A DNA stretch of 64,000 bases. It comes from an uncultured Trueperaceae bacterium. GTDB taxonomy: Bacteria > Deinococcota > Deinococci > Deinococcales > Trueperaceae. Under the pieces are notes generated by a model that did not search any database, was not told the origin of the DNA, and was given only the letters and a program-made list of their open reading frames with translations. A program made the translations under genes and the position numbers. Positions 48,619 through 58,289 of this stretch are shown here, in pieces (position 1 is the stretch's first letter; the number at the start of each line of letters is the position of its first letter). The stretch is from the NCBI GenBank assembly GCA_963799485.1, contig CAWCXJ010000009.1, positions 1 to 64,000 of the forward strand, read 5' to 3'.

Positions 48619-49413
48619 GTGTCTGACGTAGTGCCCAAATTCGTTTCGCTCATCAGCCTGCTTGTTACGGCAGTTTTGTGGATTGCGCTGGACGCGTTCT
48701 TCTGGGGCGCGCCGTTTGCCGGACTCTTTTTGTGGTCGCTGACCCGCGAAACGCCGTACCGCCGGAAACGGTATCTGGCGCTCGCCGCGTCCCTTCTGTT
48801 GCTGTCGCTCGCGCCCATTGCGACCGACACGAGCCTGCGCGGGTTTTTGCTGCTCGGCAGCTTTTTTACCCTTGCACTGGTCGTCCCGACGCTGCTGCTA
48901 AAGGGTGAAGATTCACCCATAACCTTTGCTTTTTGGCCCAAACGACCCGAGTTGCTCGAGGTCTTCTACACGCTGCTCGCCGCGCCGCTGGCGTGGGGGG
49001 TACTGTGGCTTTATTTCGTCGTTCTCAGCCCCGAGGTGCCGTTTAACTGGACGCTGCCACCCGAACCCGACACCGGCGAGCTGCTGCGGCTTTTTATCGG
49101 TATCAACTTGGTCGGCGTATGGGACGAGCTGTTTTTTATCAACATCGGTTACGCGCTGCTGCGGCAGCTTTTCGGTCCGCGCACGGCGAACCTGGCGCAA
49201 GCCGTTATCTACACGACCGTCTTATGGACGATGGCGTTTCGCGGCGTCGGCCCGGTGTTCGTCTACCTTTTCGCGCTTACGCAAGGTGCGATGTATGAAC
49301 GTTCACGGGTTCTCTTATGGGTGCTCTTGGTTCACCTCATCGTCGATTATTTTCTCTTTCAGCGGATCGTTTCGGCGTACTACCCCGACTTTTCGGTGTG
49401 GTGGCACCCCTGA
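48619..49413 (+). CDS. CPBP (CAAX/Abi) intramembrane protease-like protein
   Basis: Multi-TM protein with VGVWDELFF, FALTQG, VHLIVD. Confidence 0.75.
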   Translation: MSDVVPKFVSLISLLVTAVLWIALDAFFWGAPFAGLFLWSLTRETPYRRKRYLALAASLLLLSLAPIATDTSLRGFLLLGSFFTLALVVPTLLLKGEDSPITFAFWPKRPELLEVFYTLLAAPLAWGVLWLYFVVLSPEVPFNWTLPPEPDTGELLRLFIGINLVGVWDELFFINIGYALLRQLFGPRTANLAQAVIYTTVLWTMAFRGVGPVFVYLFALTQGAMYERSRVLLWVLLVHLIVDYFLFQRIVSAYYPDFSVWWHP

Positions 49414-49583
49414 CACCGGGCTGTTGGACGTTACTTGGACGTTACAAGGTGTAAAAGACTTTACAGGACAGGTGCATGAATGACCCTTAGGCTGGATGGG
49501 TGCGCGGGTATCCGACCTGCAGCAACTCCCAAACGGGCGGCGTTTACGCGTCAGCTCGGCAGATTTACCCGGAGGTGAAGGCC

Positions 49584-51488
49584 ATGCTGCGCCGTCCAGA
49601 CCGCTTTATCATCGTTTTACTCACCTTAGGATACGCGGCGCTTTTTTTAAGTGCGTGTACGCAGGTCACAGCCCTGACCGAACCTTCGCTCGGTACGTTG
49701 GCGGCGAACGCGGTGAGGCTCGAGGTCGAAACCCTTCCTATCGCCGAGGTTTCCGGGGCGTCAACTGCCGTTGCCGACGACGCCGGCTGTAATGGTCGCA
49801 AATGCGCTTTTTTAGGAGCCAAAGCCCGTGGCCCCTATGTGACTTACCGCGCCCAAGTACCGTCGGCAGGACGTTACAGCGTGCAGGTACGGGTTAAGAA
49901 GTGGGACGGGCGCGGCACCTTTCAGCTGGCTACTGCGGAGCGTGCGTCGGGTAGGTTTACCAAGCTGGGCGGGCGCGTCAGCCTCTACGCGCCGTCGGCA
50001 AAGTTCGAGACGCTCACACTGGGCAGCGTCCGGTTTACCGAAGCGGGCAACAAGTTTTTTAAGTTTACGGTAACGGGCAAAGACGCGCGGAGTAAGGGCT
50101 ACGTGCTGGCGCTCGATACGCTTACGCTCGTTCCGGCAGGTACGGCGGCCCCGTCCGATCTGCCGACGCGTCCGAGCGGTGACGGGTGGATATCCCTCTT
50201 CAACGGTCGAAATCTGGACGGCTGGACGACCTTTTTACCCTCGAAAGGACGGAACAACGACCCGCAAGGGGTCTTTAAGGTCGAAAACGGCATGCTGCAC
50301 ATTTTGGATATTCCCGACCGGGGTCAGCGGCAAGAGTTCGGTTACCTGGCGACGAACCGGAGCTACGGCGACTATCGTCTGCGGTTTCAGTACCGCTGGG
50401 GCGACAAGCGCTTTGCCCCCAGAAATAACGCCAAACGCGACAGCGGCGTGATGTATCACCTGAGCGGCGGCGACCGGGTATGGCCTAGAAGCGTCGAGTT
50501 GCAAGTGCAAGAGGGTAATACCGGCGACTTTTGGCTGATTGGCGGAACGACCCTGACGACGACGGTCGCGTCTACAAGCGGCAACCCAAAGCGTTACCGT
50601 GAGGGCGGGACACCCTACACCACCAGAGCGGGCTCGTTCGTCCAGGTGGCGAAAGACCGGACGAGGGACTCACGAAACGGCTGGAACACCGTCGAACTCA
50701 TTGTGCAGGGTGATGAAGCGGTGCAAATCGTCAATGGTGAGGTCGTCAACCGGGGTAAAAACTTGCGCCGTGGTAACACTCCGCTGACCGAAGGACGTAT
50801 CGCGTTTCAGGCCGAAGGTGCCGAGGTGTACTACCGCAACATCGAGATGAAACCCTTGGTGTCCGACTCGGGCGCGAGTGGTGGCAGTGGTGGCGGGCGC
50901 ATCGTGCTCTTTGGCGGGGGCGGTACCGGCGAATGGACGCCCAAAAACCGGGGCGGCGCGCGTTGGCGGGTCAGAAACGGGGCGCTCGAGGTCAACCCCG
51001 GTACCCGCGTCGGCGCGAACGACCTGCAGACCAAACGAACCTTCGGCGACTTTAAGCTGCACGTGGAGTTTCAGGTTCCCGCGTCACCCGCCGGGACACC
51101 CGAACAGGGCCGGGGCAACTCCGGCGTGTACCTTCAGGGACGCTACGAAGTGCAGGTGCTCGACTCGTACCGCCAGAGTTTGAGCGGCAAAAACGACGCA
51201 GGCGCAGTTTACGGCGTCAAAGACGCGCGCCGCAACGCGAGCCGCCCTGCCGGAAGCTGGCAAAGCTACGACATCACCTTTCGCGCGGCCCGGTATTCCG
51301 GGCGGCGCAAAACCAGTCCGGCGCGAGTCAGCGTCGTCTGGAACGGGGTGCAGGTGCATAACGGCACGGTCATTCCGCGAAAAACCACGCTCGGCGACGC
51401 CGAAGGGCCGAGTGACGGGCCGATTCGCCTGCAAGACCATGGCAAACGGGTGCGTTACCGCAATATCTGGATTGAACCGCTGGATTGA
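49584..51488 (+). CDS. Lipoprotein with a CBM-like domain and two DUF1080 (3-keto-disaccharide hydrolase) domains
   Basis: Lipobox LSAC; WISLFNGRNLDGW, RDSGV..ELQVQE, IAFQAEG; second domain GNSGVYLQGRYEVQVLDS, IRLQDHG..YRNIWI. Start is approximate. Confidence 0.85.
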   Translation: MLRRPDRFIIVLLTLGYAALFLSACTQVTALTEPSLGTLAANAVRLEVETLPIAEVSGASTAVADDAGCNGRKCAFLGAKARGPYVTYRAQVPSAGRYSVQVRVKKWDGRGTFQLATAERASGRFTKLGGRVSLYAPSAKFETLTLGSVRFTEAGNKFFKFTVTGKDARSKGYVLALDTLTLVPAGTAAPSDLPTRPSGDGWISLFNGRNLDGWTTFLPSKGRNNDPQGVFKVENGMLHILDIPDRGQRQEFGYLATNRSYGDYRLRFQYRWGDKRFAPRNNAKRDSGVMYHLSGGDRVWPRSVELQVQEGNTGDFWLIGGTTLTTTVASTSGNPKRYREGGTPYTTRAGSFVQVAKDRTRDSRNGWNTVELIVQGDEAVQIVNGEVVNRGKNLRRGNTPLTEGRIAFQAEGAEVYYRNIEMKPLVSDSGASGGSGGGRIVLFGGGGTGEWTPKNRGGARWRVRNGALEVNPGTRVGANDLQTKRTFGDFKLHVEFQVPASPAGTPEQGRGNSGVYLQGRYEVQVLDSYRQSLSGKNDAGAVYGVKDARRNASRPAGSWQSYDITFRAARYSGRRKTSPARVSVVWNGVQVHNGTVIPRKTTLGDAEGPSDGPIRLQDHGKRVRYRNIWIEPLD

Positions 51489-51529
51489 CGGAGCATATAG
51501 AAGACAGCAGGGAGAATGCCGAATGAGGG

Positions 51530-51559
51530 CCGGGCCGCTGGGCTTGGCCCGGTTTTTTT
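51530..51559 (+). terminator. Intrinsic terminator
   Basis: CCGGGCC-loop-GGCCCGG followed by T7. Confidence 0.8.
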
Positions 51560-51694
51560 GGACTCGAGCCCGGGCAAGCCTTTCACATCTTCTGCGCTAA
51601 GTTAAACATCACACGTGGCCTGAACGGTCCCCGTCTCATAGCCTCACAAGGCGGGTTTGGTATAACGGAAAGCGACTGTCGGAGGAACCCACTG

Positions 51695-52555
51695 ATGTAC
51701 GCTCTTAGCCAAGCTTTACGTGCGATGCGAAAAAACTGGATCGCCAGCATCTCGACGCTGACGACGATGACGCTCTCCCTGACGATTTTAGCGGGCTTTA
51801 GTCTGCTGACGCTAAACGTCAACCTGAACCTGGGCGAGCTGCAAAACGAACTCGAGCTAGCCGCCTACCTAGCTCCTGACGCCGACCCGCAAAACGTGCT
51901 GGAACAAGTCAGCAGCTGGAACGGGGTGGTCAACGTTCAGCTCGTCTCACCCGACGAGGCGTTGCAGGATTTGGTCACGCAGCTGCCGTATATCGAGAGC
52001 GCGAGCCGCGAGGTCAACAACCCGCTGCCGTATTCGCTCTACCTGCGGCTCTCCGACCCCGCACAAACGGCCCGCGTCGCCGCCGCGTTGCGGGCGCTGC
52101 CGGGTGTTGCCGAGGTCGAAGACGGCGGTGAGGCCGTTGCGACCTTTTTAGCCATCAACGACGCGCTCAGGCTGATCGGTTCGGTGCTGATTGTGGTTTT
52201 GCTCTCGAGCGCGCTCTTTGCCATCGTCAACTCGATTCGCGCGGCGATTACCGCCCGGCGTGAAGAGATCGAGGTGATGCGGCTCGTCGGCGCGACGCGG
52301 GGTTTTATCCGCTCGCCGTTTCTTATCGAAGGCGTTTTTTTAGGACTCGTCAGCGCCCTCCTGACGCTGCTTTTGGTCGTACCGGGCTACAGCTTTGTCG
52401 CGCTGCGGCTCTCCGAAACGCTGCGTTTTTTGCCCCTTGTGCGTGACCCGCTCGCACTTATACAGCTTTCACTGCTGCTTATCGCGTTAGCGCTCGTCGT
52501 CGGACTTATCGGCAGCGCCCTGTCGGTCTCGCAGTATTTGCAAGAGGAGCTTTAG
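51695..52555 (+). CDS. ftsX: Cell-division permease FtsX
   Basis: NNPLP, IVNSIRAAITARREEIEVMRLVGATRGFIRSPFLIEG, 4 TM helices. Confidence 0.93.
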   Translation: MYALSQALRAMRKNWIASISTLTTMTLSLTILAGFSLLTLNVNLNLGELQNELELAAYLAPDADPQNVLEQVSSWNGVVNVQLVSPDEALQDLVTQLPYIESASREVNNPLPYSLYLRLSDPAQTARVAAALRALPGVAEVEDGGEAVATFLAINDALRLIGSVLIVVLLSSALFAIVNSIRAAITARREEIEVMRLVGATRGFIRSPFLIEGVFLGLVSALLTLLLVVPGYSFVALRLSETLRFLPLVRDPLALIQLSLLLIALALVVGLIGSALSVSQYLQEEL

Positions 52556-53815
52556 GTGAAACGCCTTTTCCTCATCGTTTTGCTCCTTTGGAGCGTAGGG
52601 CAGGCGCAGCAGCAAAAGGTGTTGGAGGAACAGATCGCGGCCTACCAGAAGGTACTCGAGGCCCGCGAAGCCGAACTCAGCGCGCTCGCCGCGCAACTTT
52701 CGGAAACAAACACCCGGCTCGACGCACAACTTGCCGAACGCGACCGGCTAAGTAGCAGGATTCTCGAGCTGAGCAGTAGTCAAACACGTATTCGCGCGCA
52801 AGCACAGCGGCTACAGGCGCAGCAGCAGGCGTCGGGAGCGCGAATCGCGCGACTTTCCGCGCAGGCCGACAGCCTCAAGGGGCAGTTGCGAGACCTTTTG
52901 ACGAACCTCCACAAACGCCGCAGCGGGCGCTACGTCGGGGCGCTCGTGCAAACCGAATCGCTCTTCAAGCTGCGCGTCCGGAACTACTATCTGGGGCAGC
53001 TTACCAATCAAGACGTTGCCCTGCTCGAGACTTTCAATACAACGACCGCAGCGCTGCGCCAGGCCAGAGCCCGGCGCGCCCAGCAGGTGCAGGCGCTGAC
53101 GCAGCGGAGTCGGGAACTTACCGCCAACGCCCAGGCGCTAGCAACGGCGCAAGCCAACCTTGAGAGTGTCATCGCCGAACTGAGTCAGTCGCGGGCGGGT
53201 CAACTCGCCCAGCGCGAAACCTTGTTGCAAGAGCAAAACCGTATCGAAGACCGGTTGACCGGCGCGCGCGGGTCGTTGGCCGCTGAACTCGAGCGTCTCC
53301 GCGAAGAGGCGGCGCGCCAAGCAGCTCTCGCCGAAGCCGAACCCGAACGACCTGAAGACGACACCTTTGCCGCCGAAGCCGACCGGCTCGAGCGCCTCAT
53401 CCGCGGCCTCGACGCGCCTGCGCCGGAGGCGGAGCAAGGGTACGCAATGCCCTTTCCAGATGCGGTCGTCGCGCGTCCTTATGGTCAGGACGGCGCGACC
53501 GATGTATGGCTCCGCGCCCGAGAACCCGGCACGGCGGTGCGGGCGGTGCGTCCGGGCGTGGTGTACAGAGCCTCGAGGATTACTGCCAACAGCGGTTATA
53601 CCGTCGCCGTCAGACACGCCGACCGGCTCGTTTCGGCCTATACCAACCTGCAACTTCCGGTCGTGCAGATCGGCGATCAGGTCGAGCAGGGGCAGATTTT
53701 GGGGTACTTGGGTGGCGGCATTACCGCAGCGGATATTTTGCAACTTCGTATCGGGCGCTCCGAAGGTTTCGACCTCGTATATAGAGACCCGGCCCCGCTA
53801 TTGGGGTTGCAGTAG
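52556..53815 (+). CDS. envC: EnvC-like murein hydrolase activator (coiled coil + degenerate M23/LytM)
   Basis: Signal peptide, long coiled coil, and an M23 fold (YTNL, GDQVEQGQILG) lacking the HxxxD/HxH ligands. Abuts ftsX. Confidence 0.75.
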   Translation: MKRLFLIVLLLWSVGQAQQQKVLEEQIAAYQKVLEAREAELSALAAQLSETNTRLDAQLAERDRLSSRILELSSSQTRIRAQAQRLQAQQQASGARIARLSAQADSLKGQLRDLLTNLHKRRSGRYVGALVQTESLFKLRVRNYYLGQLTNQDVALLETFNTTTAALRQARARRAQQVQALTQRSRELTANAQALATAQANLESVIAELSQSRAGQLAQRETLLQEQNRIEDRLTGARGSLAAELERLREEAARQAALAEAEPERPEDDTFAAEADRLERLIRGLDAPAPEAEQGYAMPFPDAVVARPYGQDGATDVWLRAREPGTAVRAVRPGVVYRASRITANSGYTVAVRHADRLVSAYTNLQLPVVQIGDQVEQGQILGYLGGGITAADILQLRIGRSEGFDLVYRDPAPLLGLQ

Positions 53816-53816
53816 C

Positions 53817-54149
53817 TTGGCGCGGCCTAGAATCGTCTGTCTCGGCGGTTCGGCGCGGCTTTGGCAGCAGTTTCGGGCGTGTTACCTCGAGGAAACCTCG
53901 GCAGGTCGTATCGTCTTGTCTGTTGCTGCTACGCCCGGAGACGAAGCTCTGTTCGAGCAGCTTTCATCAGATGAGCGGGCAAATCTCCAGAATAAGCTGG
54001 CTGAACTGCACCGGCACAAAATCGACCTCGCTGACGAAGTGCTTATCCTCAACGTCGGCGGGTATATCGGCCCCGGGACAGCCCAAGAACGTGACTACGC
54101 AAGGCGTCAAGGTAAATGCGTCAGGTACTTAGAGCCCTACCAAACATGA
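53817..54149 (+). CDS. Small conserved protein (nucleoside deoxyribosyltransferase-like fold)
   Basis: IVCLGGSAR, ELHRHKIDLADEVLILNVGGYIG, YARRQGK. TTG start directly after the envC stop. Confidence 0.7.
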   Translation: MARPRIVCLGGSARLWQQFRACYLEETSAGRIVLSVAATPGDEALFEQLSSDERANLQNKLAELHRHKIDLADEVLILNVGGYIGPGTAQERDYARRQGKCVRYLEPYQT

Positions 54150-54219
54150 AATGCAGATGAATGGTTTCTCTTCAGCGCCTTAAGAATGCCTTAAGTCGGG
54201 CCACGTATAATCTAAGGCA

Positions 54220-55884
54220 ATGAGCCTTCGTTGTCCTAGTTGCGCCGCTGAAAATCCCGCTTCGATGCGGTTTTGCGGGATGTGCGGCGCACCTCTGAAC
54301 GTAACCCCGGCGCGGCGCGAACGGCGGCGGGTGACAACCGTTTTTATCGATCTGACCGGTTTTAGTACGCTGACCAGGGACTTCGACCCCGAAAAACTCC
54401 GCGACCTGGCCGACGACGTGCTGAGCGTCGTTGCAGGCATTATCGAGGAGTACGACGGTTATATCGACGCGTTTCAGGGCGACGGGCTGATTGCGCTCTT
54501 CGGCGCGCCCAACGCGCACCCGAACGACCCCGAACGGGCGGTCTTGGCGGCTGCCGAGGGTTTGCGGGCGATTGAGGCGATAGGCCGGAGCAAGGGGTAT
54601 CCGCTCAAAGGGCGAGCAGGTGTCAATACGGGGCTGGTGATTGCCGGAAACCTGGGTTCGGGCAAAATCAAGGACTATACGGTGATGGGGAGCGCGGTGA
54701 ATCTAGCGGCGCGGCTCGAGGCCGCTGCCACCCCCGGTGAGGTCTGGGTCGGGCCGGAAACGTACCGCGCGACGCGGCACAGCTTGCGTTATCAGCCGAG
54801 CCCGGTGCTGAGTCTGGCTGGTTTTCCCGATATCACGCAGGCGCAGCGTTTTGTTCAGGAAACGCGTGTACGCGACCCCTACGCGCACCTTAGGTTCGTT
54901 GGGCGAGACGCTGAACTTATCGCGTTGTGGGGGGCGCTGGAGCGCGCCAAAACGCAGGTGATACCGGAGAAGACCGTGCGGGAATTCTGGATCGTCGGTG
55001 AGGCAGGCAGCGGCAAGACCCGGCTGGTGCGTGAGTTCGGGACGGCGGTTCAGGCGCAGGGGGCGGCGCGGGTAGTCTGGCTGGGGCCCGGTTACGCCGC
55101 CACTCCGGACGAATTCGAGGTGCCGAACGAACTCGGCACTAAAGCGCAGCCCCTTTTGCTGATTGTCGAACAGGGGCCGCACCGCCCCACACTGGAACCG
55201 CTTGTAAGGGCGCTTAAAGTGTCGTCTGTTCCCTATTTGCTCTTCCGGCTCTCGCGCAAACCTGTGCCTGCGGGTGCGGCGGGGTTGACGCTGGCTCCTC
55301 TCTCTAAAGATGCCTGCCTCGATATTTTGGGTCAACTTGTCGACCCGGCGCTCAAGCTCGTCACGACCTCGCTGGTCGGTGAGACCGGCGGCAACCCGGC
55401 CTATACCATCGAGCTGGGCCGCACCCTCAGTAACGCCCGGAGTGGGTCTTTTTCGGGTTCGCTGACGTCTTTGTTGCAGGCGCGTCTGGATATGCTGCCG
55501 CAGGCGCAGCGTTACCTGCTCGCGCAACTTGCCCTGGTCGGGGAGCGGTCGTGGTCGGGGTTGGCGGCGCACCTCGCGGATTCAAACCCTGCCGGTTCAA
55601 ACCCTGCCGGTTCAAACCCTGCGGACTCGAGCGGTGCGAACGTCGATGTGCTGCTCGGTGAGGAATTTTTGCTGCGTGAGGCGTACTCGAGTCTTCCCGA
55701 CGAGACCGAGTTTCGTTTTCGCAGCGAACTTCTGCGCCGCGCCGCGCTCCTGATGGTGCCCCTTAGCGAGCGCCCCAGCCTCCACGCCCGGATCGCCGAA
55801 TGGCTTGCGCCACGTGTTCAAGGCGAGCTTCAGGGGCTTTTAGAGCATCACCACAGGCGAGTCGCGCCGAAACTACAGCGTTAA
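54220..55884 (+). CDS. Zinc-ribbon + class III adenylate/guanylate cyclase + P-loop ATPase protein
   Basis: CPSC/CGMC, VFIDLTGFS, FQGDG, GVNTG, VNLAARLE, FVGRDAE, GEAGSGKTRL, TGGNP. Confidence 0.9.
   Translation: MSLRCPSCAAENPASMRFCGMCGAPLNVTPARRERRRVTTVFIDLTGFSTLTRDFDPEKLRDLADDVLSVVAGIIEEYDGYIDAFQGDGLIALFGAPNAHPNDPERAVLAAAEGLRAIEAIGRSKGYPLKGRAGVNTGLVIAGNLGSGKIKDYTVMGSAVNLAARLEAAATPGEVWVGPETYRATRHSLRYQPSPVLSLAGFPDITQAQRFVQETRVRDPYAHLRFVGRDAELIALWGALERAKTQVIPEKTVREFWIVGEAGSGKTRLVREFGTAVQAQGAARVVWLGPGYAATPDEFEVPNELGTKAQPLLLIVEQGPHRPTLEPLVRALKVSSVPYLLFRLSRKPVPAGAAGLTLAPLSKDACLDILGQLVDPALKLVTTSLVGETGGNPAYTIELGRTLSNARSGSFSGSLTSLLQARLDMLPQAQRYLLAQLALVGERSWSGLAAHLADSNPAGSNPAGSNPADSSGANVDVLLGEEFLLREAYSSLPDETEFRFRSELLRRAALLMVPLSERPSLHARIAEWLAPRVQGELQGLLEHHHRRVAPKLQR
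55581..55625 (+). repeat. 15-bp in-frame tandem repeat x3 (SNPAG)
   Basis: TTCAAACCCTGCCGG repeated three times. Confidence 0.9.
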
Positions 55885-56640
55885 GGGACGTGTAAACGCC
55901 TCCTTGGCTTCGTTTTGCAGATGTTCCCGAACTTCGGCAGCCGTAAGCGTCCAACCGTGCGTTTCGCCTAGTTGTCCTGCCCTGAGCCATAAACTACTCT
56001 GTCTCCACAACAGATCGTCCAGGGGCTGCCTGGCCCTTGGGTAAACGAACGCCTCTAGTTCGTTCGTTGCGGGCGCGGCTCCTACTTTTTGCACCTGCGC
56101 CCACGCGCTCAGGTACTCGAGCTGCTGCGTGTCTTTAAGCTCTACCAGCGCTGCTTGATAGAGGTGCGCCGCTGCCACCTCGCGGAGCCACGGGCGCGGG
56201 GCGCGGCCCTGCTGGTTGCTCAGGAGGAGGGCGTGGGCCCACTCGAGCCCCAACAGCGCGTCGAGATACGCCGCAACGCCCCCCGGCGCACGCACGCCCT
56301 GCTGTCCTGCCCGGAGCCTTACTGTGTCCCAGCGGGCGATAAGCCGCGGTGGATAGCCCGCCGGGAGCAGCAAGCTCGTAACACCTTCAGCGCGCCGCGT
56401 GGCACCCCAGCCATACGGCGCGGAGAGCAGGCGTCGCCAGTCCGCCGCGGTCAGCACCACCAGCTCGAGGAGGTCGCCCGCGGTTTCAGAAGGGGTTTTT
56501 GCCGCCGCTGCCGCGCTCAAGGTTTTTAGGAAGCCCTGCACCTGCAGCGCCCGCACCCGCTTGCCGGTTGAAAACCGTACGCTCAGCACCGGGTCGGTTA
56601 CGGCGTGCAGGTAGGTTTTACGGGAAAACGGGTCGGGCAC
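55873..56640 (-). CDS. Hypothetical protein
   Basis: 255-aa ORF with host-like composition. EWAH/WLRE motifs of uncertain family. Confidence 0.6.
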   Translation of the reverse strand: MPDPFSRKTYLHAVTDPVLSVRFSTGKRVRALQVQGFLKTLSAAAAAKTPSETAGDLLELVVLTAADWRRLLSAPYGWGATRRAEGVTSLLLPAGYPPRLIARWDTVRLRAGQQGVRAPGGVAAYLDALLGLEWAHALLLSNQQGRAPRPWLREVAAAHLYQAALVELKDTQQLEYLSAWAQVQKVGAAPATNELEAFVYPRARQPLDDLLWRQSSLWLRAGQLGETHGWTLTAAEVREHLQNEAKEAFTRPLTL

Positions 56641-56710
56641 GTTCTACTCTACCGCCCGGTTATCATTCTGAGAACCGACGACATCGCCGCTTCAGGGTTT
56701 GTGATAAAAC

Positions 56711-57772
56711 GTGAATATCGTGCATACCGCCGCCCCACTGCCTTACATCCCGCTCGAGCAGCTTCAGGCCGCATATGCGCGTTTACGGCCCTACCTGAAG
56801 CCGTCGCCGCTCGTCCCGGCGGACGCGTACCGGGCGCGGCTCGGTTGTGCGCTGAGTTTGAAGCTCGAGCTGCTCCAACCCACGCACGCCTTTAAGGTAC
56901 GCGGCGCACTCAACGCGCTCCTGACGATGCCTAAAGCAGCGTTAGAAGTCGGCGTGGTAACGGCTTCGGGTGGCAACCACGGTCTCGGTTTGGCCTACGC
57001 TGCGCGGCTTTTAGGCGTGCGGGCAGTAGTTGCCTTGCCGACGACGACGCCGGCACTACGCGTTCAGACAATCCGCGAGCTCGGCGGCGAGGTTGTCGTT
57101 TACGGCGACGACTGGAACGCCGCCGACGAGCTTGCGCGCGAACTTGTCGGCGAACACGGCTACACCTACCTGAGCCCGTTCGACGACCCGCAGGTGATGG
57201 CGGGCCAGGGGACGATTGCGCTAGAGATTTTAGAGCAAGCCCCCGACACCGAGGTCATCGTCTGTTCGGTCGGCGGCGGCGGGCTTATCTCAGGTATCGT
57301 TTCGGCAGTTAAGCAGCTCCGGCCCGAGGTGCGCGTCGTCGGAGTTGAAACGTTGGGCGCGGACTGTATGGCGCAGTCGCTCGCGCGCGGCGAACTCGTG
57401 ACGCTGCCCCGCTTTACCTCGGTAGCTGAAAGCCTCGGTACCCGGCGCAGCAGCGAACGTCCCTTTGCTATCGTCCAAGCGGGTGTCGAGCGGGTCGTTA
57501 CGGTCTCCGACGCGCGGGCTGTTGCTGAACTGCTGTTTACCTTGGAGCGTGAAAAGCTCCTCGTCGAACCTGCGGCGAGTTGCACGCTGGCTGCTCTGGC
57601 CGACGGGCTCATCCCCGATATTGCGGGCCGCCGGGTCGTCGGCGTGATGTGCGGGGGCAATACGACTTTGGCACAGGTAAACCTGTGGCGTGAGCGGTTC
57701 GCGGAGGCTGCCAAGACGCACCATGAAGAAAATCGTGAAAGCTTCAGCGCCGAAGTCGGCAAACTGAGATAG
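56711..57772 (+). CDS. PLP-dependent threonine/serine dehydratase
   Basis: LKLELLQPTHAFKVRGA, ASGGNHG, AGQGTIALE, VGGGGLISG, VEPAA. Confidence 0.92.
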   Translation: MNIVHTAAPLPYIPLEQLQAAYARLRPYLKPSPLVPADAYRARLGCALSLKLELLQPTHAFKVRGALNALLTMPKAALEVGVVTASGGNHGLGLAYAARLLGVRAVVALPTTTPALRVQTIRELGGEVVVYGDDWNAADELARELVGEHGYTYLSPFDDPQVMAGQGTIALEILEQAPDTEVIVCSVGGGGLISGIVSAVKQLRPEVRVVGVETLGADCMAQSLARGELVTLPRFTSVAESLGTRRSSERPFAIVQAGVERVVTVSDARAVAELLFTLEREKLLVEPAASCTLAALADGLIPDIAGRRVVGVMCGGNTTLAQVNLWRERFAEAAKTHHEENRESFSAEVGKLR

Positions 57773-57883
57773 AACTGAGATAGGCTCCGGGGTGTTCGCG
57801 CCCCGCGCTGGTAAGCGTTCGCTCTTGGTAACGATGAGATTCAGAATGGGGGGGGCTTCAGACGGGTACGTTGTGGCGGCGTA

Positions 57884-58289
57884 ATGTATTTTTACAGCTG
57901 CTGGTAACGTTTTTAGTGGGTGCGCTGTTGCTGTAGGGCTACACCCGCGTTCGGGGTAGCGAAATGCTGAAGTCAAGGCGCTTAGGGCCAAGCTCGAGAC
58001 CAAAACAAACGAGTTTACGGCGTACAAGCAAGACGTGCCGGAGCATTTTCCGGGTACGACCGAGGCCATCGACGCGCTGACGCAGAGTTACCGGGGCGTG
58101 TTCGAGCCGCGCGAGCAAGGCGCGAACCGTCGGGTCGGTGAAACGCGTTTTCGCGGTGCGCTCAAAGACCGGGCTGCTTCGGAGCAGGGCGTTACGGCGG
58201 TCGCCGTTATCGACGAGACTTTGCCGGAAAAGACTCGAGACGCCGCAACTCTCGCGTTCGCCTTGACTAGGCCAAGCCCAGACGCGTAA
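57884..58289 (+). pseudogene. Possible YhcB/DUF1043-like remnant
   Basis: A broken N-terminal TM segment (LVTFLVGALLL*) is followed by YKQDVPEHF..TEAIDALTQSYRGVF..EQGA, resembling the DUF1043 pattern. In-frame stops are present. Confidence 0.4.

Noticed and set aside
53367..53816. 5' half of the 260-aa ORF 53367-54149
   Set aside because: It overlaps the envC-like gene in another frame. Only the part from TTG 53817 looks like a real protein.
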